Positions 50,200 to 58,469 of a stretch of 64,000 nt of DNA are shown here, piece by piece. Made by a program: the position numbers and the translations under genes. The notes below the pieces were generated by a model that saw nothing but the letters and a program-made list of their open reading frames with translations, was not told where the DNA came from and did no database searches. Source of the stretch: Candidatus Omnitrophota bacterium (lineage in GTDB: Bacteria; Omnitrophota; Gorgyraeia; Gygaellales; UBA12090); assembly GCA_030674475.1 (NCBI GenBank), contig JAUSCZ010000023.1, positions 87,819-151,818 on the forward strand. The letters are read 5' to 3'. Positions within the stretch are counted from its first letter, which is position 1. Each line of letters begins with the position of its first letter.

Positions 50200-51217
50200 G
50201 AAAGCGTTAAGAACTAAAAAATACAGGCTGATGCCAGGAGATGGTAGTTTTATAGCGCGTATCACGGATAGCGTGCTTAAAGGGAGAGAGGTGAATCTCA
50301 GGCAGGCTAAGAGGCTGAACGCGATAAAAGGCGACGATATTTACAGTCTTTTTAATTCGGCCTACAAAATCCGCAAGAAATTTCGGGGGAAAAAGGTGGA
50401 GCTTTGCGCCATCACCAATGCCCGAAGCGGGGCCTGCGCGGAGAACTGCGCTTTTTGCGCCCAGTCCAGTTGGAATAAAACCGCGGTTAAGGTTTATCCC
50501 TTACTTAGCGAGAATGAGCTCTTTAAAAGGGCTAAGCAGGCCCAAAAAACCGGGGCGGGTTATTTTTGTATTGTTACCAGCGGCCGGCGCATCCAGAAGA
50601 AAAGCGATTTTTTGAAAATCTGTAAGGCTATTTCCAAAATCCGCTCTAAGCTAAAACTTAATGTTGATGCCTCATTAGGAGAACTAAGCCTTGATGAAGC
50701 CCGGGCGCTTAAAGACGCTGGCTTATTTCGCTATAACCATAACTTGGAGACTGCCGCAAGCCTGTATCCGGAAGTCTGCACTACCCACACCTATTCTGAC
50801 CGGATAAGGACAATTGAAAATGTCAAACAGGCGGGTTTAGAACTTTGCTGCGGCGGGATATTCGGGATGGGGGAGAGCTGGGCCCAGAGACTGGATCTGG
50901 CTTTTGCCTTGAAAAAGTTTAACCCGGAGTGCATCCCGGTAAACTTCCTGAATCCTGTTGCCGGAACTAGACTTGGCCGGAAAAAACCCTTATCTCCCCT
51001 GGAATTCCTCAAGATTACCGCTATCCTGCGTTTTATCTTTCCCCGCCAGGAAATAAAAATCTGCGGTGGCAGAGAGACCAACCTAAGGAGCCTTCAGCCG
51101 TTAATGTTTTTGGCCGGAGCAGACTCAATGATTATCGGCGACTACCTCACCACCAAAGGCAATCCTCCCCAGGACGACCTTAAAATGATTCAGGATTTAG
51201 GTTTATCCACGAATTGA
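50186..51217 (+). CDS. bioB: Biotin synthase
   Basis: CAENCAFCAQS, YNHNLET, CCGGIFGMGE, GDYLTT; true start may be 50231. Confidence 0.93.
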   Translation: MKKNKKALRTKKYRLMPGDGSFIARITDSVLKGREVNLRQAKRLNAIKGDDIYSLFNSAYKIRKKFRGKKVELCAITNARSGACAENCAFCAQSSWNKTAVKVYPLLSENELFKRAKQAQKTGAGYFCIVTSGRRIQKKSDFLKICKAISKIRSKLKLNVDASLGELSLDEARALKDAGLFRYNHNLETAASLYPEVCTTHTYSDRIRTIENVKQAGLELCCGGIFGMGESWAQRLDLAFALKKFNPECIPVNFLNPVAGTRLGRKKPLSPLEFLKITAILRFIFPRQEIKICGGRETNLRSLQPLMFLAGADSMIIGDYLTTKGNPPQDDLKMIQDLGLSTN

Positions 51218-51232
51218 CCCGGACGTGCTACA

Positions 51233-51281
51233 GTAGCGGCGCGATTTATCGCGCTTGGAAGGAGATTTTCGGGTGATAAAT
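51233..51281 (+). repeat. GTAG-type REP-like hairpin with RBS and GTG start, copy 1
   Basis: 43/49 identical to 62324-62372. Confidence 0.8.
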
Positions 51282-52436
51282 TTTAAAGAAGAATTGGCCG
51301 CGCTGGAAGCCAGAGGCTTAAGGCGCAAAATGCGCTTTGTTTCTTCGTCTTGCGATAGATACATCACGATTGAGGGTAAAAAGGTTTTAAACTTTTGCTC
51401 CAATAATTATCTGGGCCTGGCTAATGATAAACGGCTGAAAGCGGCGGCAATCTCGGCAATCAATAAATTTGGAGTGGGAACTGGGGCCTCAAGATTAGTT
51501 TCCGGCAGTAATATCCTGCATAAGCAATTAGAAGAAAAATTGGCTGATTTTAAAAGGCAGGAAGCCTGTTTAGTTTATCCCAGCGGCTATAGCGCCAATT
51601 TAGGGATAATTTCCGCCTTGGCAGATAGAAACAGTATTGTTTTTTGCGACCGCTTGAATCACGCTTCAATTATTGACGGGATTATCTTAAGCCGGGCCGA
51701 GCTGGTGAGGTATCCGCATCGGGATGTAGAAGCGTTAGAAAAATTGTTAGGTTACCATGTCACAAAGTCACAAAGTCACCAGAAACGATTGATAGTAACC
51801 GATAGCGTATTTAGTATGGATGGGGATATTGCTCCTTTGCCGGAGCTTTTGCGCTTAGCCAAAAAATACGATTGCCTGCTGATGATTGATGAAGCCCACG
51901 CCACCGGCGTTTTGGGTAAGAGCGGCAGAGGGACCTTGGAACATTTTGGCCTCAAGGCCAATAAGCGGATAATCCAGATGGGGACTTTGAGCAAGGCTTT
52001 GGGTGGCCTGGGCGGATTTCTCTGCGCAAGCCGGGAGCTGATTGACTATTTGGTTAACCGTTCGCGTTCCTTTATCTTTAGCACTGCCTTGCCCGCGGCT
52101 CTATGCGCCAGCGCTTTAGAGGCAATCAGGATAATTGAGAGAGGCGGCAATCAGCACGCAAGGCTTTTAAGTAATGCCAATTTTTTAAGAGACGGCCTAA
52201 ACTCCTTAGGTTTTAATACCTTAGAGTCTCAAACCCCGATTATTCCCATCCTCACCAAAGAACCGCGCCTAACCATGGAGTTCAGCCAAAAGCTATTTGA
52301 AAAAGGCATCTTGGTTCAAGGCATCCGCCCCCCGGCTGTCCCCGATAACCTCTGCCGTCTCCGGGTCACGGTGACGGCCAGCCACACCAAAGGCGATTTA
52401 GAGTTTGCCTTAAGTATGTTTAAAAAGATAAGATAA
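51273..52436 (+). CDS. bioF: 8-amino-7-oxononanoate synthase
   Basis: FCSNNYLGL, NHASIIDG, FSMDGD, DEAHA, GTLSKALG, IRPPAVP; GTG start behind AAGGAG. Confidence 0.95.
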   Translation: MINFKEELAALEARGLRRKMRFVSSSCDRYITIEGKKVLNFCSNNYLGLANDKRLKAAAISAINKFGVGTGASRLVSGSNILHKQLEEKLADFKRQEACLVYPSGYSANLGIISALADRNSIVFCDRLNHASIIDGIILSRAELVRYPHRDVEALEKLLGYHVTKSQSHQKRLIVTDSVFSMDGDIAPLPELLRLAKKYDCLLMIDEAHATGVLGKSGRGTLEHFGLKANKRIIQMGTLSKALGGLGGFLCASRELIDYLVNRSRSFIFSTALPAALCASALEAIRIIERGGNQHARLLSNANFLRDGLNSLGFNTLESQTPIIPILTKEPRLTMEFSQKLFEKGILVQGIRPPAVPDNLCRLRVTVTASHTKGDLEFALSMFKKIR

Positions 52437-52453
52437 TAGTAGCTCCTGCCCAA

Positions 52454-52521
52454 GAAAGCGCTTGCCCAAAACCCCTGTTTTGCCCTTGTTTTTACCCCTT
52501 TTATGTGGTTTACTTTAGGTA
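52454..52521 (+). promoter_or_regulatory. Second copy of the conserved upstream element of the modular protein family
   Basis: Aligns with 1411-1477 (gaaagcg...aaaacccc.gttttgccctt...tttatgtg.t.tactttaggta). Confidence 0.7.
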
Positions 52522-52526
52522 GCCGA

Positions 52527-52638
52527 ATTAGTTTATAGCTGATAGTTGATAGTTTAGAGCAAAAGATTAGCGAACTAAATAGAATTTATGTTTGTTTTTT
52601 TGCTATCAACTATCCGCTATCAACTATCAACCAAATAT
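52527..52638. repeat. Bipartite heptamer-repeat hairpin element
   Basis: tagtttatagctgatagttgatagttt arm and ctatcaactatccgctatcaactatcaac complementary arm. Confidence 0.8.
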
Positions 52639-55600
52639 ATGCCTTTACGCCTAACCAAATTCCTATCTCTGTTTCTCTCTTTCTGCCTTATCCTTGAGCA
52701 GAGCGTCTTTGCTCAAAGCATAGACCTTTCCCATTACTTTGCCAACTCTGGCAAACCTATTATCCAGAGCGATAAATTTCGGCCCTTACACCTAAGGTAT
52801 CTAGGCTATGATAACTTGAGTCAGGACTTTAAGCTACTTTTAGATAAGGGAGATACTAAGAAGGAGGACTTAGAGAACAAAGCCTACATAGAAGAAAACA
52901 CCCAAACCCTGCTCAAATACTTCTTCATCGGATTAAGCCTGCCTAATGATAAGTTTTGGGTTAACCTAAGGCCGGATGCCTCGGAGAATATCATAGATGA
53001 CGACTTAGCCAAGACAGATATCGGCAGGATTATGCTGGAAGCTGATGTCCAGCTAAAGAAGGATACTGCAAGCTATACCTCACCCCAGGCCAAAGAAGGC
53101 CGGGAATACTGGGATAAGCTGTATAAGAAAGCAGAAGAGCTATTCGGAACCGAAAACATCACCATCCCCACCCTAACTAGGCCATGGATTGTCCCGGACG
53201 AGATTATTTTAAGAGAATCTCCGGATAACAGCGCCTACATTTACAAAGCTACCCTCAAGGTGATGTTGGAAGAGGACTACCTAAAAACCAGCAACCAGCC
53301 CGTCCTGGCAAAGCGAAGCGGGCCAGGGAAACCAGTAACCAGTAACCAGGTATATTCTTTTAGTGACCCCAGGCTAAAAGAGCTTAATCAATATTCTACC
53401 CAGCTAATCAAGGAAACCATAATCCCCAAGCTCACCCAGGAGATCAACTCATCCAGGAGATACGCTCCCCTAAGACAAGTCTATTACTCTCTCATCTTAG
53501 CCCAGCACTTTAAACGGAAGTTTGCCAAGCAGCCCTCGGGGCAGGCAGGAGAAAATCCCTATGTTAAGCTGATTGACTCCTGTAACCTTACCAACCTAAC
53601 CTCCAAAGAACCCTGGGATAAACTTACCTGCTTCCAAGGCTATCAGAAATCCTTTCAGCAGGGAGAATACAATATTCAAGAGCCGGTGTATACGCCTACG
53701 GGGCAGGCAATAAGAAGCTATTTTAGTGGGGGGCAGCTTCTAACAAATATTCTCAGAGTAACAACGGTAACCCCGGGGTTTGGACCACCTTCTATTTCAG
53801 GCAGCATCCATTTGAAAAAAATTGACTATTCTGTTTCGCCGGTTGCCAAAGGGGACGTAAGCCTTTTGACTGGGTTAAGGTCAAGCTCAGCGATTGAGGA
53901 AAGAAATAATGCGTCTTTATTATCTATGGGAAACTCGACCTTGAAAGGAAGGCCAACGAGAATAATGCTTTCTTTCTTTTCTAACGTTCGTGATAAATCT
54001 AAGCTTGACAATCCATTGGGAGTCGCAGTCTTAGGTGGTACTTTGAAACAGCAACTTAAGGATACTGTCCATATTGTTATGGCACATCATCTGATTGATG
54101 GCGGAGTAGAAGGAATCATCGAAAAAATAAAGATTGAGCATCCGGAAATATTAGGATTATCTCTCGGCTTTGGTTCTTTGCAACAACTGATTACTGTTAT
54201 GCAATATATTCGTTCATTGCCAGCCGCGGAAAGACCCATTGTTGCTTTAGGTAATGTTGTAGCGACTTATAACACAGAATTTTTTCTGAAGCAATACCCG
54301 GAGGTTTTTATTTGTGCAGGGCAAGGTGAAATGGCAATAGTCGATCTCGTCAAATATCGCAGAGGCGAAATAAAGAAAAATGAAATACATGATGTTGTGT
54401 ATATGAATGATGGTCAGATTATTGCAAATCCAAGGAGTCAGTCATTTCTCGTAGATATGGGAACGCCTATGACAGACTTTTTGCCCGATGTAGTAAAATC
54501 CGGGGGTGTTGTTTATATGGAGACCTCGCGCGGCTGTCCTTTTAATTGTACGATATGCGCGCGCAGACCTTTTTTGGGCATAGGTTGGAAAGGCAGGAAT
54601 TTAGATAATATTATTGGCGATATGGAGAAGGCGGCTAACTTGGGCGTCAAATTTATTAACTTTGTTGATGAAGATCTATTTGCTGGCGGTATGAAAAGGG
54701 TGATTCGTTTTGCTCAAATGATTCATGAGGCAAGAAAAGCAGGACGGATTCCTGATGATCTTATTTTTGGTACATCGGTAAGCGTAAGGAATATTTACAG
54801 AATAAATGATTCATTAGAAAATAATCTAAAAAGAAAGCAAGCCTTGGAATTATTGAAAGAGGCCGGCCTTACAGTTCTTTTCATAGGGATTGAATCTGGT
54901 TCGCCAAAGCAACTCGAGCGCTATGGTAAGGCTGCAACCATCAAAGAGAACGAGGAAGCCATTAGGATTATTGAGGATTGTGGAATATGGACTATCCCGG
55001 GTTTTATTATGCTGGATCCGCTTGTGACAATAGAGGAGATCAGGGAGAATATTGATTTTTTAAGACGAACAGGGATGGATGCCCGGATTACGTATCCTTT
55101 AAAGACATATATCCCAATGATAGGAAGCTCTTACACTCAAAAATTAATTGAAGAAGGTTTAGTTTATTCAGTCTCCTATATTCCTGATCGGTTAGCATAC
55201 GAATATTCATTTAGAGAAAAAAGAGTCGCAGATATCTTAAAAAGAATAAAAGATTGGGAAGAAAGCCAAGCAATGTTTTTCTGGGATCTAAAAATTATTT
55301 TTCGTTCCTCGCGTTTTGGTGAATTAAGCCGGGATAAACAAGAATTGGTTAGGACATTAGTTGATAAACAAACCAAGATTTTATTAGATTATTTGGATGA
55401 AATGGTTAATCTAAGCTTGAGCGAAATAGAACAAAAAGAAGTTTTTCAGAGAATATCTTTTAAGTTTGGCGTCCGCTTGATTAACGATATGTTGGAGGCC
55501 TTGCAGTACGTGGAAAATGGTTATTTGCCGCTTGGAGACAAAGAATTCAGAAGTATTATACAGAAAAGTATTATTCGGGAGATTTTGCGGTTATACTTTA

Positions 55601-56247
55601 CACAAAAACAATTTTCGATGGAGGAAGTAAGGCGTATTATCTCTGAGGAATTCCACTATAAATTTAAAGAAGATATTTTAAAGGAAATTTTTGCTTTGTT
55701 TATTAAGGAAGAACGCATCAAACAAATAGACGATAAGACGTTCTGCTTACACGAAAAGTTTTTTGTCTACAGGAATATTCCGTGGCCAGATTTGCCTAGG
55801 CCAGCTAAAGTTATAGTTGGCATTGATGATTTGGCAAGCTCGCCGTTGATTCCTCAGAAAGTTAAATTCCCGGGTGGCATCGACTTACGTTTTCTCCCTA
55901 TAGTTACCCAGGCCATAAGCAACCTAAGTTTGAACGCTTCCCGTATTCCTTTAAGCAAGTTGGATAGCATTAACCTTAATCAGGAATGGCGCCAGATACA
56001 AAAGATGGTTGAAGCCGGCATTACGCCATCAGCGGAGAGGATTAAGGAGTATATCCAGCTATCTTATCTTAATAAAGGTGAACCTAATGATATGCAGAAA
56101 GTCATTTCTTGCATTGCGGATATATTAAGATCTGAAGAAGAGCGCTGCGTTTCTACTGAGCCAACGCTAAAAGATATTCTGGTTGTGCTTGAGTCAGGAC
56201 GGTCGGCTCAGGAACTAAAAGCTGTTTTTACCGGTAGTCAGTCCTAA
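52639..56247 (+). CDS. Large exported modular protein, paralog 3, with B12-binding radical SAM cargo
   Basis: Signal MPLRLTKFLSLFLSFCLILEQSVFA-Q, shared N-domain, PLGVAVL B12-binding-like region, SRGCPFNCTIC, FVDEDLF, GIESGS, GGIDL C-domain. The ORF-track start 52588 lies inside the repeat. Confidence 0.88.
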   Translation: MPLRLTKFLSLFLSFCLILEQSVFAQSIDLSHYFANSGKPIIQSDKFRPLHLRYLGYDNLSQDFKLLLDKGDTKKEDLENKAYIEENTQTLLKYFFIGLSLPNDKFWVNLRPDASENIIDDDLAKTDIGRIMLEADVQLKKDTASYTSPQAKEGREYWDKLYKKAEELFGTENITIPTLTRPWIVPDEIILRESPDNSAYIYKATLKVMLEEDYLKTSNQPVLAKRSGPGKPVTSNQVYSFSDPRLKELNQYSTQLIKETIIPKLTQEINSSRRYAPLRQVYYSLILAQHFKRKFAKQPSGQAGENPYVKLIDSCNLTNLTSKEPWDKLTCFQGYQKSFQQGEYNIQEPVYTPTGQAIRSYFSGGQLLTNILRVTTVTPGFGPPSISGSIHLKKIDYSVSPVAKGDVSLLTGLRSSSAIEERNNASLLSMGNSTLKGRPTRIMLSFFSNVRDKSKLDNPLGVAVLGGTLKQQLKDTVHIVMAHHLIDGGVEGIIEKIKIEHPEILGLSLGFGSLQQLITVMQYIRSLPAAERPIVALGNVVATYNTEFFLKQYPEVFICAGQGEMAIVDLVKYRRGEIKKNEIHDVVYMNDGQIIANPRSQSFLVDMGTPMTDFLPDVVKSGGVVYMETSRGCPFNCTICARRPFLGIGWKGRNLDNIIGDMEKAANLGVKFINFVDEDLFAGGMKRVIRFAQMIHEARKAGRIPDDLIFGTSVSVRNIYRINDSLENNLKRKQALELLKEAGLTVLFIGIESGSPKQLERYGKAATIKENEEAIRIIEDCGIWTIPGFIMLDPLVTIEEIRENIDFLRRTGMDARITYPLKTYIPMIGSSYTQKLIEEGLVYSVSYIPDRLAYEYSFREKRVADILKRIKDWEESQAMFFWDLKIIFRSSRFGELSRDKQELVRTLVDKQTKILLDYLDEMVNLSLSEIEQKEVFQRISFKFGVRLINDMLEALQYVENGYLPLGDKEFRSIIQKSIIREILRLYFTQKQFSMEEVRRIISEEFHYKFKEDILKEIFALFIKEERIKQIDDKTFCLHEKFFVYRNIPWPDLPRPAKVIVGIDDLASSPLIPQKVKFPGGIDLRFLPIVTQAISNLSLNASRIPLSKLDSINLNQEWRQIQKMVEAGITPSAERIKEYIQLSYLNKGEPNDMQKVISCIADILRSEEERCVSTEPTLKDILVVLESGRSAQELKAVFTGSQS

Positions 56248-56537
56248 CCAAAAAGTGGCATTTCCCGCCTAGTTTATTTTTTTTCCGCCTTCTCTTCCAT
56301 TATTCAATTTATCATTAGTAACTGTTAAGCCAAACCTACCCCGCTAACCTTAAAAGATGTGCTTATCCGGCTGGAAAATGACCCATCCTTATTTGACTAA
56401 AGAGGGCTGGAAGAAGCTGGGGGGAGATAAAAGAGGGGGAGGAGATTGCCTGCCTATCCTGCCATCGGCTTCCCGTCTCGCCTTTGGCTCGCCGAGGCGG
56501 ACGCCGCGAGGCGAGCAGTCAAGCGGTATTAGGAGAT

Positions 56538-56801
56538 TTATCTTCTACGGTAGGCGTCTTCGCGGGTGTCAACGCCGTCAATAATTATATTAAGGCCTTC
56601 AATATAGAAACAAATACGATACTTTCCGACTCTGAATCTATGTGTAGCTGGCGGAAGATTAACCAGGGGTTTGGCAAAATGCAGGGGATTGCGGGAGGAA
56701 ATATATAGGCCGATTTTCTCGATAATTCTGTTTTGCAGTTGGTGGGAGAGCCTCTTGAAGTCTCGTTCTCCGGCAGGGGTAAATTCAAGACTTTCAATCA
56801 T
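56538..56801 (-). CDS. RelE/ParE family toxin
   Basis: LEFTPAGERDFKRL...RFRVGKYRICF...V.TREDAY. Confidence 0.85.
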   Translation of the reverse strand: MIESLEFTPAGERDFKRLSHQLQNRIIEKIGLYISSRNPLHFAKPLVNLPPATHRFRVGKYRICFYIEGLNIIIDGVDTREDAYRRR

Positions 56802-56809
56802 CTTGCTGG

Positions 56810-57223
56810 TCAGGATAATCCTAGCTCATGCTTGATCTTCTCAAAAGGAACCAGCCCTAACTTTTGGGCTTCAACAATGCCCTTTTTTAGTTTTAGCGCT
56901 AATTTAGGGTTGACCGGCAGGTGGGTTTCGATGGCGTCAATAAGCCAGCCGACAGGATTGTGGTGGACATATTCTTTGGCTGGAACGTTTTCTTCAAATT
57001 TCGTATCAAAGGCACAAAGCATATCCCAAAGCGAATATGTGTCAAATATAAAATACTTAGGAGAGCCGCCCTTATCTGTTATTACTCCGGCTTTGAAATT
57101 TTTAGGAGAAGATAATCCGGCATTTTTAAGCTCTTTGGCAGAAACAGCTGAAAATTTTGTCAGCTTCTCTAGCTTCACTAATTTTTTCCCCAAAGATATA
57201 CTGGACAATGATTTTGCTTTCAT
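56810..57223 (-). CDS. Hypothetical protein, probable antitoxin partner of the RelE toxin
   Basis: GAGGAG SD before ATG 57223; directly upstream of relE; ends in an antitoxin-like LVPFEKIKHELGL. Confidence 0.6.
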   Translation of the reverse strand: MKAKSLSSISLGKKLVKLEKLTKFSAVSAKELKNAGLSSPKNFKAGVITDKGGSPKYFIFDTYSLWDMLCAFDTKFEENVPAKEYVHHNPVGWLIDAIETHLPVNPKLALKLKKGIVEAQKLGLVPFEKIKHELGLS

Positions 57224-57329
57224 TTCTTTGCTCCTCAATAAAGAGGATAACATATCCAGCAATTCAAGTCAAGGCAATTTCCAGGATTTGTCTTGATACT
57301 GAGTGATTACTTTAAGATTATATAGTATC

Positions 57330-57358
57330 TTGACAAGTCATATATAATATGTTATATA
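57330..57358 (+). promoter_or_regulatory. Sigma70 promoter for the HTH-Fic gene; probably leaderless
   Basis: TTGACA, 17 bp, TATATA (overlapping TATAAT); ATG 6 nt downstream. Confidence 0.6.
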
Positions 57359-57364
57359 ATAATT

Positions 57365-58291
57365 ATGCTGAATAGCAATAATTATATTGGCAAAATCAGG
57401 GAAATGCTGGAAAAAACCGGCTGGGGGCAAGCTCAATTTGCCCAGGAGCTGGGCGTAACTTTTGCCACAGTTAACCGCTGGCTCAACGGCCACCACAGGC
57501 CGCATTTGAGCCAGATACGCCAGATTGAGAGGTTACATAAAAACATTATCGGAATCATCCCGGTAACCAAGCAAGAAATGGAGCAGATTATTTTACAGTT
57601 GAAGGCCAAGATAAAGCAGTATCCGGATATTAAGAAAATCTTGCGGGATGATACAACATCCGAGGAGTTTCTGTTGGAGTTGACCTATAATTCCGACGCC
57701 ATTGAGGGGAATACATTAACTAAGAAAGAGACGGAAACAGTTATCTTCAATAACGCCTCTATCAAGGATAAAAGCTTAATTGAACATCTGGAGGCGGTAA
57801 ATCATGCGGTGATCCTGAAGGATATTTTTTCGGGGAAGATTGGCTGCCCGGTTGATGAAGAGCTGATAAAAAAGACGCATAAGATATTGATGCAGGGCAT
57901 CCGGGATGACGCCGGCGAATACGCCAGCCATCAGAGGGCAATCCGGGGGGTGGATTTGATCCTGCCGTCCCCCGATGATATTGCCGGGGAAATGAAGTTA
58001 TTTTTAAGCAAAGTTAATGACTTCCCGCCTCGACCGATTGAGCATATTGCCAGGATGCACGCGGATTTTGAGGCGATTCATCCTTTCGGCGACGGCAATG
58101 GCCGCGTAGGACGGCTGATTATGATTGTTCAGTTAATTCATTGTGGTTTTGCTCCCTGTATCATTAGCGTTAATGAAAAAGCCCGGTATTATGAATCCCT
58201 AGAATATGTCCAAAAAAAGTCTGAAACGCATCTTGTGTGTTTCCTGGCTGAAGCGGTATTGAAGGGCTATGAGTTAATTAGTTCTCACTGA
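57365..58291 (+). CDS. XRE-HTH-Fic fusion protein
   Basis: QAQFAQELGVTFATVNRW HTH, TYNSDAIEGNTL, HPFGDGNGRVGR. Confidence 0.92.
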   Translation: MLNSNNYIGKIREMLEKTGWGQAQFAQELGVTFATVNRWLNGHHRPHLSQIRQIERLHKNIIGIIPVTKQEMEQIILQLKAKIKQYPDIKKILRDDTTSEEFLLELTYNSDAIEGNTLTKKETETVIFNNASIKDKSLIEHLEAVNHAVILKDIFSGKIGCPVDEELIKKTHKILMQGIRDDAGEYASHQRAIRGVDLILPSPDDIAGEMKLFLSKVNDFPPRPIEHIARMHADFEAIHPFGDGNGRVGRLIMIVQLIHCGFAPCIISVNEKARYYESLEYVQKKSETHLVCFLAEAVLKGYELISSH

Positions 58292-58410
58292 AAAACTCTC
58301 GTTTTTCAGTGAGAACTAATTCCAAAGGGGCTCACGCCCCTATGGCGTTCGTTCCGACTCCGTCGGAACTCACTGTTACCCCTTAAGGGGGTTGCCTGCA
58401 ACCCCCTTAA
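58276..58410. repeat. Cluster of palindromes after the HTH-Fic gene (terminator or REP-like)
   Basis: aattagttctcactgaaaaac...gtttttcagtgagaactaatt perfect stem; gttccgac-tcc-gtcggaac; taagggggttgc...gcaaccccctta. Confidence 0.7.
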
Positions 58411-58469
58411 AATCCCCCAGTAGTTACCACTTTTTCAGTGGTAACTAATTGGCAAGAGATATAAATGAT

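Noticed and set aside
52588-52638. N-terminal extension MFVFLLSTIRYQLSTKY of paralog 3
   Set aside because: Translated heptamer repeat; paralog alignment places the start at 52639.
56357-57296. Plus-strand ORFs over the TA module
   Set aside because: Antisense shadows of relE and its partner, or repeat-derived.
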